A stretch of 64,000 nt of DNA, from positions 251,482 through 315,481 of the forward strand of contig BPJM01000001.1 of NCBI GenBank assembly GCA_026004615.1. The letters run 5' to 3'. The notes below the pieces were generated by a model. The model saw only the letters and a program-made list of their open reading frames with translations. It had not been told where the DNA came from and made no database searches. Below, in pieces: positions 9,994 to 20,651 of this stretch; the first letter of the stretch is position 1; each line of letters opens with the position of its first letter. The stretch comes from Planctomycetota bacterium. Lineage in GTDB: Bacteria; Planctomycetota; J058; J103. The position numbers and the translations under genes were made by a program.

Positions 9994-10938
9994 CTAGGAC
10001 GGCTCCTCCTCCCACCGCTCGAAGAACTGCGGAAAGGTGAACTCCAGCTCGAAGCCCAGCCGCCGGTAGAGCCGGATCGCGCCCGGGTTGTTGTCGTGGG
10101 TGAGGATGGTCGCCCGCTCCAGGCCCCGCTCGGCGATCGCCCCCAGCACCCGCGTCAGCACCGCCGCCCCGAGCCCGCGCCCGCGATGCTCGGGCGCGGT
10201 GTAGACGTGGTTGATGTAGCCGCGCACGGTCGCCAGCGAGAACGCCGCCAGCTCGCCGCCGGGTGCGAGCGCGAGCTGGCCCAGGCCGCCCGGGAACATG
10301 CAGCCGCCCGGTGCCGCCGCCCCCTCGATCGAGCGGCGGCACAGCCCCATGTCCCAGTAGATCGGGTCCGGCTCGGGCGAGCGCAGCATCATGGCGCACG
10401 CCTGCTCGAACCACCCATCCTCCCACGGCACCACCCGGTAGCCCGTGGGGACCGGCGCGGGCGCCGGGGCTCCGGCCCGGAGGTCGTATGCGAGATAGAC
10501 CCCCTCCAGCCGGCGCATGCCGAGCGCCGCCAGGGGCGCCACCAGATCGGGAGCGAACGGCTCGGTCCGCCACCAGTTGAAGGCGACATACAGCACGCGG
10601 CTCACGTCGCGCTCGCGCAACCAGGCGCGCGCCGACCGCACCAGCGCCACCACGGTGTCGCCGCGCTCGGGCCCCGGCCGCGCATAGAGGAACTCCAGCA
10701 TGTTCATGCCCGGGGCCGGCCGCGCGCAGACCAGCCCCAGCAGCCGCTCCCCGCCGCCCGGCGCCGGCTCGCGCGCCACCCAGGTCCGCGCCTGCGCCGG
10801 CGGCGGCAACACGGGCCAGCGCACCGGACGCGGCGCGCTGCCGCGCGCCTCCCCCCAGGCCACCTCGACGAGCTCGTAATAGCCCGCCACCCGCCGCACA
10901 TCCGCCGCCTCGACCGGCTCGATCGCGATCGCCGCCAT
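9994..10938 (-). CDS. GNAT-family N-acetyltransferase (two GNAT-like halves)
   Basis: ATG at 10938 (MAAIAIEP..). C-terminal acetyl-CoA motif: INHVYTAPEHRGRGLGAAVLTRVLGAIAERG..ILTHDNNPGAIRLYRRLGF. Confidence 0.8.
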   Translation of the reverse strand: MAAIAIEPVEAADVRRVAGYYELVEVAWGEARGSAPRPVRWPVLPPPAQARTWVAREPAPGGGERLLGLVCARPAPGMNMLEFLYARPGPERGDTVVALVRSARAWLRERDVSRVLYVAFNWWRTEPFAPDLVAPLAALGMRRLEGVYLAYDLRAGAPAPAPVPTGYRVVPWEDGWFEQACAMMLRSPEPDPIYWDMGLCRRSIEGAAAPGGCMFPGGLGQLALAPGGELAAFSLATVRGYINHVYTAPEHRGRGLGAAVLTRVLGAIAERGLERATILTHDNNPGAIRLYRRLGFELEFTFPQFFERWEEEPS

Positions 10939-11169
10939 CGCCTCGCACCCCCCGCGTCCCTCGCCCCCCAGCATAGCCGCGGCACCGGGCGGTGCCACGC
11001 CGGGGCGCGCCGCGCTAGCTCCGATCGCCGCCCGCCGCTGCGCCGGCAGGCGGGGCCCGGTCCACCCGCACCGGAACTGCGGTTTGACGCTCCGCCGGGG
11101 CAGGGCTAGCCTAGCATCTCCATCGCGCGGAAGGAACGGCGCGCGGACAGCAGCCGGGGCGCGCAGCGG

Positions 11170-11391
11170 ATGGGCGAGCAGTCGGACACGATCGCGCTGG
11201 TCGTCAACGGCGAGCCGTACCGGATTCCACGCGGCACCACGGCGGCCGAGCTGGTGGCGCGGCTGGCCCCGCGCACGCCGGCGTTCGCGCTCGAGCGCAA
11301 CGGCCGGCTGGTGCGGCGCCAGGATCTGGAGCAGACCGCGCTCGCCGACGGCGACCGGATCGAGATCGTCACCTTCGTCGGGGGCGGCTAG
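11170..11391 (+). CDS. thiS: sulfur-carrier protein ThiS
   Basis: 73 aa, beta-grasp-like sequence ending ..DRIEIVTFVGGG. It lies immediately upstream of thiG. Confidence 0.85.
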   Translation: MGEQSDTIALVVNGEPYRIPRGTTAAELVARLAPRTPAFALERNGRLVRRQDLEQTALADGDRIEIVTFVGGG

Positions 11392-11460
11392 CCCCGCGCG
11401 CGCAGAGCCAGGCGCGCGACCGCGCCCCCTGCTGGCAGGAACTGAGAGGGATCAGGGATC

Positions 11461-12254
<794 letters not shown>

Positions 12255-12255
<1 letters not shown>

Positions 12256-13172
12256 TGGACGGCCTGCCGTTCGTGGGCGAGGGCGGCTTCGATCCGGCCG
12301 CCTTCGAGGCGTACCTCGCCCTGCGCCTGCAGCACCGGCCCGATCTGGCGCGCGTGCAGCTGGCGGGGCTGGTGGTGAGCAGTGCGCTGGCGCTGGCGGG
12401 AGCCGTGCTGGTGCTGGTGCGGCTGGGGCGCCGGCGCACCGTACCGCCGCCCCCCGGCCCGCCGGCACGAGCCGGCTGGGGGCTGGGGCTGGTGGCGGCC
12501 CTGGTGGTGGCGTTCCCGCTCGCAGCCGTGCTCGCCGGCGCGCTCGCTGCACCCTGGGCCGCCGCCGAACCCCCGCGCGCCGGGCCGCCAGCGGCGCGCC
12601 TGCTCGCCGGCGCGCTCGCCCTGGTGCTGCTCGCCGCCGGGGGGCTGGCGGCGGCGGGCAGGGCGCCGCGCGGGCTCGAGCCGCTGGGGCTCGGCAGGGG
12701 GCCGGCCGGGCGCGTGCTCGGGATCGGCCTATGGTATCTGCTGCTCGCCTTCCCCTTCGTCATGGGGCTGCAGCTGCTCTCCCAGCAGCTGTGCGACCGC
12801 CTCGACTGGCCGCGCCTGCCCAACCCGGCCGCAGCGCTCTTTCTCACCACCGGCCGGCTGCTCGATCTGGTGCTGGTCGCCGCCATCGCCTGCGTGCTGG
12901 CGCCGCTGGCCGAGGAGGTGCTGTTCCGCGGCCTGCTGTATCTGCCGCTGCGAGCGCGGCTGGGCCGCACGGGCGCCATCGTGGCCTCGGCCGCACTGTT
13001 CGCCGCCGTCCATCCGCCGGTCGACATGCCGGCGGTATTCGCGCTGGGGGTCGCACTCGCACTCGCCTACGAGCGCGCGGGCAGTCTGTGGGCCCCCATC
13101 GCCGCGCACGCCGCCAACAACCTGTACACCGTCGGCACGCTGCTGCTGCAGCGCCACCTGGCCTACGGCTAG
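12255..13172 (+). CDS. CPBP-family (CAAX) intramembrane glutamic endopeptidase
   Basis: The ATG overlaps the thiG stop (TGATG). Multiple TM helices. Motifs: APLAEEVLFRGLLY, ALFAAVH, AAHAANNL. Confidence 0.8.
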
Positions 13173-13352
13173 CCGCGCGCCGGCCGCGCTCCCGCGCCGC
13201 GGCGCGGGCCCGCCGGCCGGCCTGGCCCGGCCGGCCCCCGGAGCGGGACTTGCCAGCGGACGCCGGGATGGGTAAGGGCGATGGTGCTGGCCGCCGGATG
13301 GCGGAGGAGCACTCCCGCCGCCGGCGAAAAGAGCCCGGCGGGAGCATCCGGC

Positions 13353-13652
13353 ATGACGCCCGAGACCCTCAAGCGGCTGATCCCCGAGATGCTCCAGGCC
13401 TACGAGGACCCGGACGTCCGGCGCCAGCTGGAGGAGGCCGCGCGCGCCGGCGATCGGCCTGCGGTGATGCGCATCGCCATGCAGGTGCAGAGCGCGGTGC
13501 TCTTGCGCTACCGGCTCGACCCCGAACAGGGCCTGCGCCGGATCGCCGCCGCCGCGCGCGAGCACCGGGACGACCCCGAGCTGGTGCGGCTGTGCGAGCA
13601 GCTGCGCTGGCGGCTGACGGCGCTGTGGAACGAGGCTCGCGCAGGAGGCTGA
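13353..13652 (+). CDS. small helical hypothetical protein
   Basis: ATG at 13353 after GGGAG. Non-repetitive composition (MTPETLKRLIPEMLQAYEDPDVRRQLEEAA..). The stop lies 4 nt before the next gene start, with GGAGG embedded. No recognisable domain. Confidence 0.5.
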   Translation: MTPETLKRLIPEMLQAYEDPDVRRQLEEAARAGDRPAVMRIAMQVQSAVLLRYRLDPEQGLRRIAAAAREHRDDPELVRLCEQLRWRLTALWNEARAGG

Positions 13653-13656
13653 CGCC

Positions 13657-14514
13657 ATGTGCGATGCGCGGGTGATGGCCGCGGCCGGCGCCGCCGCGCT
13701 CAGCCGGCGCCAGGCGCTGGGAGCCGCGCTCGCAGGCGGGGCGGCACTCCTGGGGGCGGCGCTCGGCGGCTGCAGCAGCGCATCGCTGGTGCCCGAGGAT
13801 GGGGGCCGCGCCGCCCCGCCCCGCCGCCTGCGCCACGTCCGGGATCTGACCCACGTGCTCCACCCGGGCTTTCCCACCTTCTCGGGCGAGCCGGCGCTGC
13901 TGGCCGAGACCACGACCACCGTCGCCGAGCACGGCTACTTCGGGCTCACGCTGCGCTACTACGAGCACAGCGGCACCCACATGGACGCCCCGGTGCACTT
14001 CGATCCCCGGGGCGCGAGCGTCGAGCGCCTGCCGCCCGCAGAGCTGGTGGTGCCGGCGGCGGTGGTCGACATCAGCGCGCGTGCCGCACGCGATCCCGAC
14101 ACCGCGCTCGAGGTGGATGACCTGCTCGCCTGGGAGCGGCGCCACGGGCGGCTGCCGCCGCGGGCGTGCGTGCTGGTCCACACGGGCTGGGCGGCGCGCG
14201 CCGCCGATCCCGCCGCCTTCCGCAACCCCGACGCCAGCGGCAGGCTGCACTTCCCGGGCATCGCGCCCGAGGCGGCGCGCTGGCTGCTCGCCGAGCGCAC
14301 CGTGACCGGGCTCGGGGTGGACACCCTGAGCCTCGACCCGGGAAGATCGACCGCGTTCGAGACCCACCAGATCTGGCTCGGCGCCGGCCGCTGGGGGCTG
14401 GAGAACGTCGCCGGGCTGGACGAGGTGCCGCCCTGCGGGGCCTGGCTCTTCGTCGGCGCACCGCGGGTCGCCGGCGGCTCGGGCGGGCCGTGCCGGCTGC
14501 TCGCGCTGTGGTAG
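13657..14514 (+). CDS. cyclase-family protein (kynurenine formamidase-like) with Tat/lipoprotein-type signal
   Basis: SRRQALGAALAGGAALLGAALGGC signal. Motifs: HPGFPTF, YEHSGTHMDAPVHF, VLVHTGW, FPGI..EAARWL, GLGVDTLSLD, THQIWLGAGRWGLENV. Confidence 0.85.
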   Translation: MCDARVMAAAGAAALSRRQALGAALAGGAALLGAALGGCSSASLVPEDGGRAAPPRRLRHVRDLTHVLHPGFPTFSGEPALLAETTTTVAEHGYFGLTLRYYEHSGTHMDAPVHFDPRGASVERLPPAELVVPAAVVDISARAARDPDTALEVDDLLAWERRHGRLPPRACVLVHTGWAARAADPAAFRNPDASGRLHFPGIAPEAARWLLAERTVTGLGVDTLSLDPGRSTAFETHQIWLGAGRWGLENVAGLDEVPPCGAWLFVGAPRVAGGSGGPCRLLALW

Positions 14515-14532
14515 CCACAAGCCCGCGGACGG

Positions 14533-16032
14533 CTACTTCACCCAGGGATAGATGCTGAGCCAGGCGTCGCCGTACTTGCGCATCCGCGTGAGGCAGCGAC
14601 CGCTCTTCAGCATCACGCGCGAGGAGTGCTCCGAGCTCTTGAACTCGCTCACCTCGGGCGGGCCATGGGTGGCCAGCTCGCGCACCGCCCGCTCGAAGCC
14701 CTCGCGCGTCAGCGTCAACCTGGCGGCATCGGAATGGGTCTGCTGGAAGGACTCGAAGTCGCCCGCGCGCAGCGCCGCCAGCATGGACTCGAAGGCGCGC
14801 GCGGGGCTGGACAGATCGAGCCGCACCCGCCGCTCCTCGCCGCCGCCGGCAGCCGTCCCGGTGCCAGCGGAGGTCGCGACGGCCTCGGCCTCCTCGTCCT
14901 CCAGGGCGCTGCCCACGCACGCCTCCTCCACCTCCACCGGCAACAGCGCGTCCCAACGCCGGCGCAGCCGCTGCGCCAGCTCGCCGAGCAGCCGCCGGTG
15001 CCGGTCGCCCTCCAGGCGCTTGTCGCGATAGGCGGCGCGGATCTCCTCCAGCCCCTGCCTGAGGTCCTTCGCCGACATCGCGCAGCGGCGGGCCTCCTCC
15101 AGGAAGGCCTTGATCTCCGCCTCCTCGCGCTCCTGGGCGCCGAGCCCGCTCGCCATGCCGCGCAGCCGCGCCACCTCGGCATCGTAGCGGGCGCGTTGCA
15201 TGGCGCGCAGCTTGCGCCTCTGCGCGAGCGCCTCCTTGTAGCTGTCGTCGTGTCCGCGCGCTGCAGGCGACAGGTGCGCGCGCGAGCGCTCGTCGAAGCC
15301 CTCGCTGGACGTCCAGCGCAAGAACAGCCGCCGCCCGCCGATCCGCACCGGAAGGCGGACATCGACGTGGTGCCGGGTCTCGACCTCGCCGAGCGCGTGC
15401 GCGCCGGCGGGAAAGCCGTTCTCCAGCGCCTCGAGCGCCGCCGTCGCCCGCACCACGTAGGGCGCCGCCTGCTCGATCGGCACCTGCTCCGCGCACACCA
15501 CGTGCTCCACGTCGTAGATGCGGCGGACCTCGCTCGCCGGCACCGCCACCGGGGGCAGCCGCACGCCGTCGCCCAGTTCCGGGATCTCGAAGCTGGTCCT
15601 GCTCACCCCCGCCACCGCCTCGCCGCGGGCCGCCCGCGCGGCACCGTCCGCGCTGATCGAGCCGCGCACCGCCGCCAGCACCTCGCCCTCGTCGCCGAAG
15701 GCCCAGAAGCGGCTCTCCAGCAGGTTGACCAGCGCCTTGAGCGGACCCACGTCGCGGGTCGCAACCCGGCCCTTCACCTCCAGCGTCGTGACGATGGGGC
15801 CGAGCAGCACCTCGTACTTGTCCGGCACCTCGGCCCGGAACAGATACGTCGTCTCGCCCTCCGTCTGGTGCTCGACCACGCCGTCCTGCCCGCGCCCGCA
15901 CATCCAGATGTCGGCGCCCTGCACCGCTCCCACCACGACCCCGAGGTTGCCGCCCATGCGCGGGCTGGGCACGTGGGTGAACGGCCTGTCCTCGCTGGTG
16001 TGCACGTCCACGAACACCGAGAGCTGGCTCAT
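14533..16032 (-). CDS. hypothetical protein (about 499 aa), no recognisable domain
   Basis: ATG at 16032 (MSQLSVFVDVHTSEDRPF..). Balanced, non-repetitive composition through a beta-rich N-half, a coiled-coil-like Arg/Glu middle and a C-terminal ..GDAWLSIYPWVK. Confidence 0.6.
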   Translation of the reverse strand: MSQLSVFVDVHTSEDRPFTHVPSPRMGGNLGVVVGAVQGADIWMCGRGQDGVVEHQTEGETTYLFRAEVPDKYEVLLGPIVTTLEVKGRVATRDVGPLKALVNLLESRFWAFGDEGEVLAAVRGSISADGAARAARGEAVAGVSRTSFEIPELGDGVRLPPVAVPASEVRRIYDVEHVVCAEQVPIEQAAPYVVRATAALEALENGFPAGAHALGEVETRHHVDVRLPVRIGGRRLFLRWTSSEGFDERSRAHLSPAARGHDDSYKEALAQRRKLRAMQRARYDAEVARLRGMASGLGAQEREEAEIKAFLEEARRCAMSAKDLRQGLEEIRAAYRDKRLEGDRHRRLLGELAQRLRRRWDALLPVEVEEACVGSALEDEEAEAVATSAGTGTAAGGGEERRVRLDLSSPARAFESMLAALRAGDFESFQQTHSDAARLTLTREGFERAVRELATHGPPEVSEFKSSEHSSRVMLKSGRCLTRMRKYGDAWLSIYPWVK

Positions 16033-16157
16033 CGCTCGCCCCCCTGGTCCGCCACGCCCGGTCCGCGACCGCGGTGCCGGCCGGAGCATGTCCGCCCGCG
16101 CCACGCACCCCGCCGCCCCGCCGGCCGGCCGCCCCGCTCCCCGTCAGGATACGCCGC

Positions 16158-17297
16158 TCAGTCGCCCGACCACAACCACCCCTTGCGCCGGAACCAGAGC
16201 AGCATCCCGCACGCCACGATCGCCATCGCCGCCAGGATCGCCGGATAGCCCCACCGCCAGCGCAGCTCCGGCATGTTGTAAGGGGATGTATCCGGGTCGA
16301 AGTTCATCCCGTACACCCCGGCGATGAACGTCAGCGGGATGAAGATGGTGGCGATGATCGTCAGGACCTTCATCACCTCGTTCATGCGGATGCTGAGGCT
16401 CGACAGATAGAGGTCGACGAAGCCCGAGGCCAGCTCGCGGTAGGTCTCGATGATGTCCGCGATCCGCAGCAGGTGGTCGTGGGTGTCGCGCAGGAACACG
16501 CGCGTCTCGGCCGTGATGCGCCCGCCCTCCTCGCGCAGCAGCGTCCCCACCCCCTCGCGCAGGGGCCACACCGCGCGCCGCAGCGCCAGCAGATCGCGCT
16601 TGGCAGCGTGCACCCGCCCGATGGTCTGCCGTTCCGGAGTACCGATCAGCTCCTGTTCCAGCCCCTCCAGCCGCTCGCCGAAGCCCTCCAGCACCGGGAA
16701 GTAGTGGTCGACCAGGGCGTCGAGCAAGGCATACGCGAGGTAGTCCGGCCCGCGCTTGCGCAGCCGCCCGCGGCCGTCGCGCAGCCGCTCGCGCACCGGA
16801 TCGAAGCAGTCCCCGCGCCGCTCCTGGAAGGTCAGCACCCAGTCCTCGCCGAGGAACATCGACAGCTGCTCGGTGTGCACCCCGTCCGGCTCCAGCGTCA
16901 CCATGCGGGTGACGATGAACAGATGCCCCGGATAGTGCTCCACCTTGGGGCGCTGCTGGACGTGGGCGACGTCCTCCAGCGCCAGCGGGTGCAGCCCGAA
17001 CATCTCGCCCAGCCGCCGCAGCACCTCCGCATCCCCGACGCCGTCGACGTTCACCCAGAGCACCGGCTGGCTGCCGCGCAGCTCGTGCACCCGCTCCAGG
17101 CTCACCCCTTGTTCGTCCGCGAACAACCCCTCGGGCCCGTACGCCATGACGCGGATCCAGGGCGGCGGCAGGTCCGGCTCGATCACGATCGTGCCCGGCG
17201 AGGCGCCGGGCCGGGTGCGCACCCGCCGCCAGGGCCACCAGCGGCGGCTGCCGGCCGCCACCCGCGAGGTCTGCTCCTCCCTGGCCGCCTCGTTCAT
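16158..17297 (-). CDS. corA: magnesium/cobalt transporter CorA
   Basis: ATG at 17297 overlaps the upstream gene's stop (ATGA). Full CorA layout with LTIIATIFIPLTFIAGVYGMNF (GMN motif) and a second TM, GYPAILAAMAIVACGMLLWF. Confidence 0.92.
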   Translation of the reverse strand: MNEAAREEQTSRVAAGSRRWWPWRRVRTRPGASPGTIVIEPDLPPPWIRVMAYGPEGLFADEQGVSLERVHELRGSQPVLWVNVDGVGDAEVLRRLGEMFGLHPLALEDVAHVQQRPKVEHYPGHLFIVTRMVTLEPDGVHTEQLSMFLGEDWVLTFQERRGDCFDPVRERLRDGRGRLRKRGPDYLAYALLDALVDHYFPVLEGFGERLEGLEQELIGTPERQTIGRVHAAKRDLLALRRAVWPLREGVGTLLREEGGRITAETRVFLRDTHDHLLRIADIIETYRELASGFVDLYLSSLSIRMNEVMKVLTIIATIFIPLTFIAGVYGMNFDPDTSPYNMPELRWRWGYPAILAAMAIVACGMLLWFRRKGWLWSGD

Positions 17298-18742
17298 GTC
17301 CGTCGTGCCCTCCTCGCCTGCCGGCTGCGCCCGCCCGGCGCCAGCCGCCCCGTCTCCGCGCGCAGCGCCCCCTCCAGCTCCGGGTGGGCGAAGGCAAACC
17401 CGGCCTCTTCGAGCCGCCGCGGCAGCACGCGCGCACCGGCCAGCAGCAGCTCCTCGCCGAGCTGGCCGAGGGTCCACCGGACCACCGGCGCCGGCAGTCC
17501 GAGGGCGGCCGGCCTGCCGAGCACGCGGCCGAGCGTGCGGGCGAAGGCGCGGTTGGAGACCGGAACCGGAGCCGTGACGTTGACCGGCCCCGCGAGCCGC
17601 TCGTCCCACAGCGCCTGGTACAACGCCCCCACCGCGTCGTCGATGTGCACCCAGCTCATGATCTGGCGGCCGCTCCCGATGGGCCCCCCGAGCCCGAGGC
17701 GAAACGCGGGCAGCATGCGCCCGAGCGCCCCGCCGCGCCCGCTCAGCACCACCCCGAGCCGCGCCTGCACCACCCGGATGCCGGCGCGGCGCGCCGGCTC
17801 CGCCGCCTCCTCCCAGGCGCGGCAGACCTCCGCCAGAAAGCCCGTGCCGGGCGGGCTCGCCTCCTCCAGCGGCTCCGCCGGCGGCCGGTCGCCGTACCAG
17901 CCGATCGCCGAGGCGCAGACCAGCACCCGCGGCGGCCGGGCGAGCGCGGCGAGCGCCTCGGCGATCGCGCGCGTGCCCTCCACCCGGCTCTGCCGGATGC
18001 GCCGCTTGCGCTCCGCGGTCCACCGCCCCGCGGCGATCGGCTCGCCCGCCAGGTGCACGACCGCATCGATCGCATCGAATGCCTGCGGGTCGAGCCGGCC
18101 CGCCAGCGCGTCCCAGCCGAAGGCCTCCCCGCCCGCCCCCGGCAAGGGCCCGGGCGGCGCGCCGTGCACCAGCCGCCGCACCGCATGGCCGCCCGCGGTC
18201 AAAAACGGACACAGCTCGCGGCCGATCAGCCCCCCCGCCCCGCTCACCAGCACCCGCAACGAGCGGCCGCCCAGCGCCGCGCGCGCCCGGCGGTGGCGCT
18301 CCAGTTCGGCGCGCAGCCGCCCCGCGCGCCAGGCGAAGGTGCGCTCCAGCTCCCGCCGCACCCACGAGCCGGCCACCGCCCGGCCCAGCCAGCCAGCCGG
18401 CTCTCGGTAGCGGATCCGGTCTTCGAGCGTGCAGGCATGCGGGCCCTCCGGCAGGAAGCGGTGTTCGTGGAACCAGCTCGCGAACGGGCCCTCGACCTGC
18501 TCGTCGGCAAAGCGCCTGCCCGGTTCATACCCGCGGTGCAGCGCCACCCAGCGCACCCGCAGCGGCCCCAGCCGCAACTGCAGCACCGCCCGGTCGCCGT
18601 TGCGGATGGTGCCCTGGCGCTCGAGCACGCGCATGCCGCTCCAGGGCGGCAGCAGCCGCTCCAGCGCTCCGGGCCGCTCGTGCCAGGCGAACAGCTCCTC
18701 GGCCGGCACCTCGAACCGGGCGCGATAGATCGCTTGCGCCAT
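17294..18742 (-). CDS. SRPBCC (cyclase/dehydrase) domain fused to a TIGR01777/YfcH-type NAD-dependent epimerase with DUF1731 C-terminus
   Basis: ATG at 18742 (MAQAIYRARFEVPAEELFAWHERPGALERL..). Rossmann motif VLVSGAGGLIGREL. ..VVHLAGEPIAAGRWT..K..I..SRV..T..GWYGD..GFLA.VC..WE.. and a DUF1731-like tail (RVLPRRLEEAGFAFAHPELEGAL). Confidence 0.8.
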   Translation of the reverse strand: MAQAIYRARFEVPAEELFAWHERPGALERLLPPWSGMRVLERQGTIRNGDRAVLQLRLGPLRVRWVALHRGYEPGRRFADEQVEGPFASWFHEHRFLPEGPHACTLEDRIRYREPAGWLGRAVAGSWVRRELERTFAWRAGRLRAELERHRRARAALGGRSLRVLVSGAGGLIGRELCPFLTAGGHAVRRLVHGAPPGPLPGAGGEAFGWDALAGRLDPQAFDAIDAVVHLAGEPIAAGRWTAERKRRIRQSRVEGTRAIAEALAALARPPRVLVCASAIGWYGDRPPAEPLEEASPPGTGFLAEVCRAWEEAAEPARRAGIRVVQARLGVVLSGRGGALGRMLPAFRLGLGGPIGSGRQIMSWVHIDDAVGALYQALWDERLAGPVNVTAPVPVSNRAFARTLGRVLGRPAALGLPAPVVRWTLGQLGEELLLAGARVLPRRLEEAGFAFAHPELEGALRAETGRLAPGGRSRQARRARRT

Positions 18743-18839
18743 GCCCCCTCCCTCCGAGCCCGGACCGCGCCCGCCGGGCCGGCCGCTGGCCCATCCGGCC
18801 CATGGGCACCGCCCGGTGCGGCGTCTATACTCTAGCCCG

Positions 18840-19157
18840 ATGGCGCAGGACGCACAGGCCACCAAGATGCGCGTGCGCGGGACCTGGGTCCGGCACGGGC
18901 TCGATGCCGATCGGCTCTCGGTGACGATCTCGCGCGACGTGCTGACGGTGCGCGGCGAGGTCCGGTACCTGCCGGCGCGCGCGCGCGTGCAGGGCGAGGT
19001 GAACGCCGAGGTGCTGGCGCGCATCGAGCAGGAGCTGCGCACCTTCCCCGAGATCAAGCACATCCGCTGGCAGCTGGACAACTGGCGGCGCGAGAGCGGG
19101 GGCTGGTATCCGACCGCCGGCCAGCGCCGGCGGCAGCCCCGCAAGGGAAAGGGTTGA
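18840..19157 (+). CDS. small hypothetical protein (105 aa)
   Basis: ATG at 18840. MAQDAQATKMRVRGTWVRHGLDADRLSVTISRDVLTVRGEVRYL..IKHIRWQLDNW has natural composition with a basic tail. No domain assigned. Confidence 0.45.
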   Translation: MAQDAQATKMRVRGTWVRHGLDADRLSVTISRDVLTVRGEVRYLPARARVQGEVNAEVLARIEQELRTFPEIKHIRWQLDNWRRESGGWYPTAGQRRRQPRKGKG

Positions 19158-19201
19158 GCGGCGAGGCTGGCTGCCGCGCGCGGCGCGCCGTCGCTGCGGT
19201 C

Positions 19202-20434
19202 TCACTCCTTGAGGAACAGGTAGAAAAGCCGGCCCACCGACATGGTGGCGCCGGCGATCCGCTCGGCCTCGGGCCCGGTACCGAGGAAGATGTCGCACCG
19301 CCCGGCGCTGCGGATCGCGCCCCCGGTGTCCTGATCCAGGCAGAAGGCGCGGAACGGGGCCTGCTCCAGGCTGCCATCCGGTTGCGGGCGCGGCAGCCGG
19401 CAGTCGGCGAAGGCGAGCGCGGCGCGCGGGAAGACCGACTTGTCGGTCGCGATCGTGACCCGCGGGGTGACCCGCTCGTTGAGCGATCCGTAGGGCCCGC
19501 CCTCGGCGACGCGGAAGAACACGTAGCTCTCGTTCTCGAACAGATACGGCCATAGCTCGGCTGGCCGCTCGCGGAAGTGGCGCTTGATCGCGCCGAGCGA
19601 CATCTCCTCCTTGGCGACCTTGCCGTCGCGCACCAGCGCCTGGCCGAGGCTGCGGTACGGCCGGTCGGTCTTGCCGGCGTATCCCACCGGCAAGAGCCTC
19701 CCCCCCTCGTGCACCAGACGGAGCCGCGCCGAGCCCTGCACGTGGACCAGGTAGGCCTCGAGCGGATCGGCGAGCCAGACCAGCTCCAGCCCCCGGCCGC
19801 GCAGCGCCCCGCCGGCGTCGATCTGTTCCCGCGTGAAATAGGGCACCAGCCGGCCGTCGGGCAGGCGGCGGCCGAGCGGCACCCCCTCCTCGGTCGATAC
19901 CAGGTCGTCCGGGCGCCGGTAGAGCGGGAAGCGAAACCGCGCGTCCGGGCGCAGCGCCGCCTCGTAGATCGGCTCGCAGTAGCCGGTGAACAGCACCTCG
20001 CCCGTGCCGCGGCGGCCGCGCGAGCGGTACAGCTCGAACCGCTGGCGCAGCGCCCGGGCGAGCTCTTCGGGCCCGAGCCCGCTGCTGACCAGGTCCCGGA
20101 ACGCCTCGAGCGAGCGGACCACCCGCCCATGCGAGATGTCCAGGTAGGGGTAGTAGCGCCGCGAGGACGGCTTGGCGAGATAGTGCAGGCTGCGCTCGAT
20201 CGCCTCCAGCAGGGCCGCGCGGTCCTCGATCGGCACCGCCAGCTCCGGCCAGGCCGCCGGATCGGTCACCTTCTCCAGCGCCAGCTCGCCCGGCGGCAGC
20301 TCCTCGGCGAACTCCGCGCGCGAGGGCGCGGGCAGCGAGACCACGCGCAGCGGCTCGTAGGCGGTGTGCACCGCGCAGCCGGCGGCGGCGCCCAGCGCCA
20401 GAACGAGCGCGGCTGCACTCGGGCGAAGCGGCAC
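19202..20434 (-). CDS. mltA: membrane-bound lytic murein transglycosylase A (MltA) lipoprotein
   Basis: GTG at 20434 preceded by GGAGGAGGAGGGG. Lipobox LALGAAAGC. MltA-specific region (FTGYCEPIYEA..LADPLEAYLVHVQGSARL..VGYAGKTDRPYRSLG) and 3D domain (DQDTGGAIRSAGRCDIFLGTG). Confidence 0.88.
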   Translation of the reverse strand: MPLRPSAAALVLALGAAAGCAVHTAYEPLRVVSLPAPSRAEFAEELPPGELALEKVTDPAAWPELAVPIEDRAALLEAIERSLHYLAKPSSRRYYPYLDISHGRVVRSLEAFRDLVSSGLGPEELARALRQRFELYRSRGRRGTGEVLFTGYCEPIYEAALRPDARFRFPLYRRPDDLVSTEEGVPLGRRLPDGRLVPYFTREQIDAGGALRGRGLELVWLADPLEAYLVHVQGSARLRLVHEGGRLLPVGYAGKTDRPYRSLGQALVRDGKVAKEEMSLGAIKRHFRERPAELWPYLFENESYVFFRVAEGGPYGSLNERVTPRVTIATDKSVFPRAALAFADCRLPRPQPDGSLEQAPFRAFCLDQDTGGAIRSAGRCDIFLGTGPEAERIAGATMSVGRLFYLFLKE

Positions 20435-20651
20435 GGTCCTGCCCCTCCTCCTCCGGCGGGCCCGCCCCTGCCGGGCAGCCCGCACGCCCTTCAGGGTATC
20501 GGCCGCGCCGCCGGCCGGCTTTCGCCCCCGCCGGCTGGCCGGCCTGCCCGCCGGTGGGCTATGCTTGCGGGGAGCGGGCGGCAGCCGCCGGGGGGAGCGG
20601 CCGGGCGCCCGCTGTGATCCGGGGGGCGGTGGTCGGTGGAGTCTCCAGGCC

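Noticed and set aside
10999-11169. Looked for a TPP (THI-box) riboswitch upstream of thiS-thiG.
   Set aside because: No CUGAGA..ACCUGAUCUGGAUAAUGCCAGCG-like core is present. The only CTGAGA (11441-11446) lies in the 69-nt thiS-thiG spacer, just upstream of the thiG RBS, and has none of the other conserved elements.
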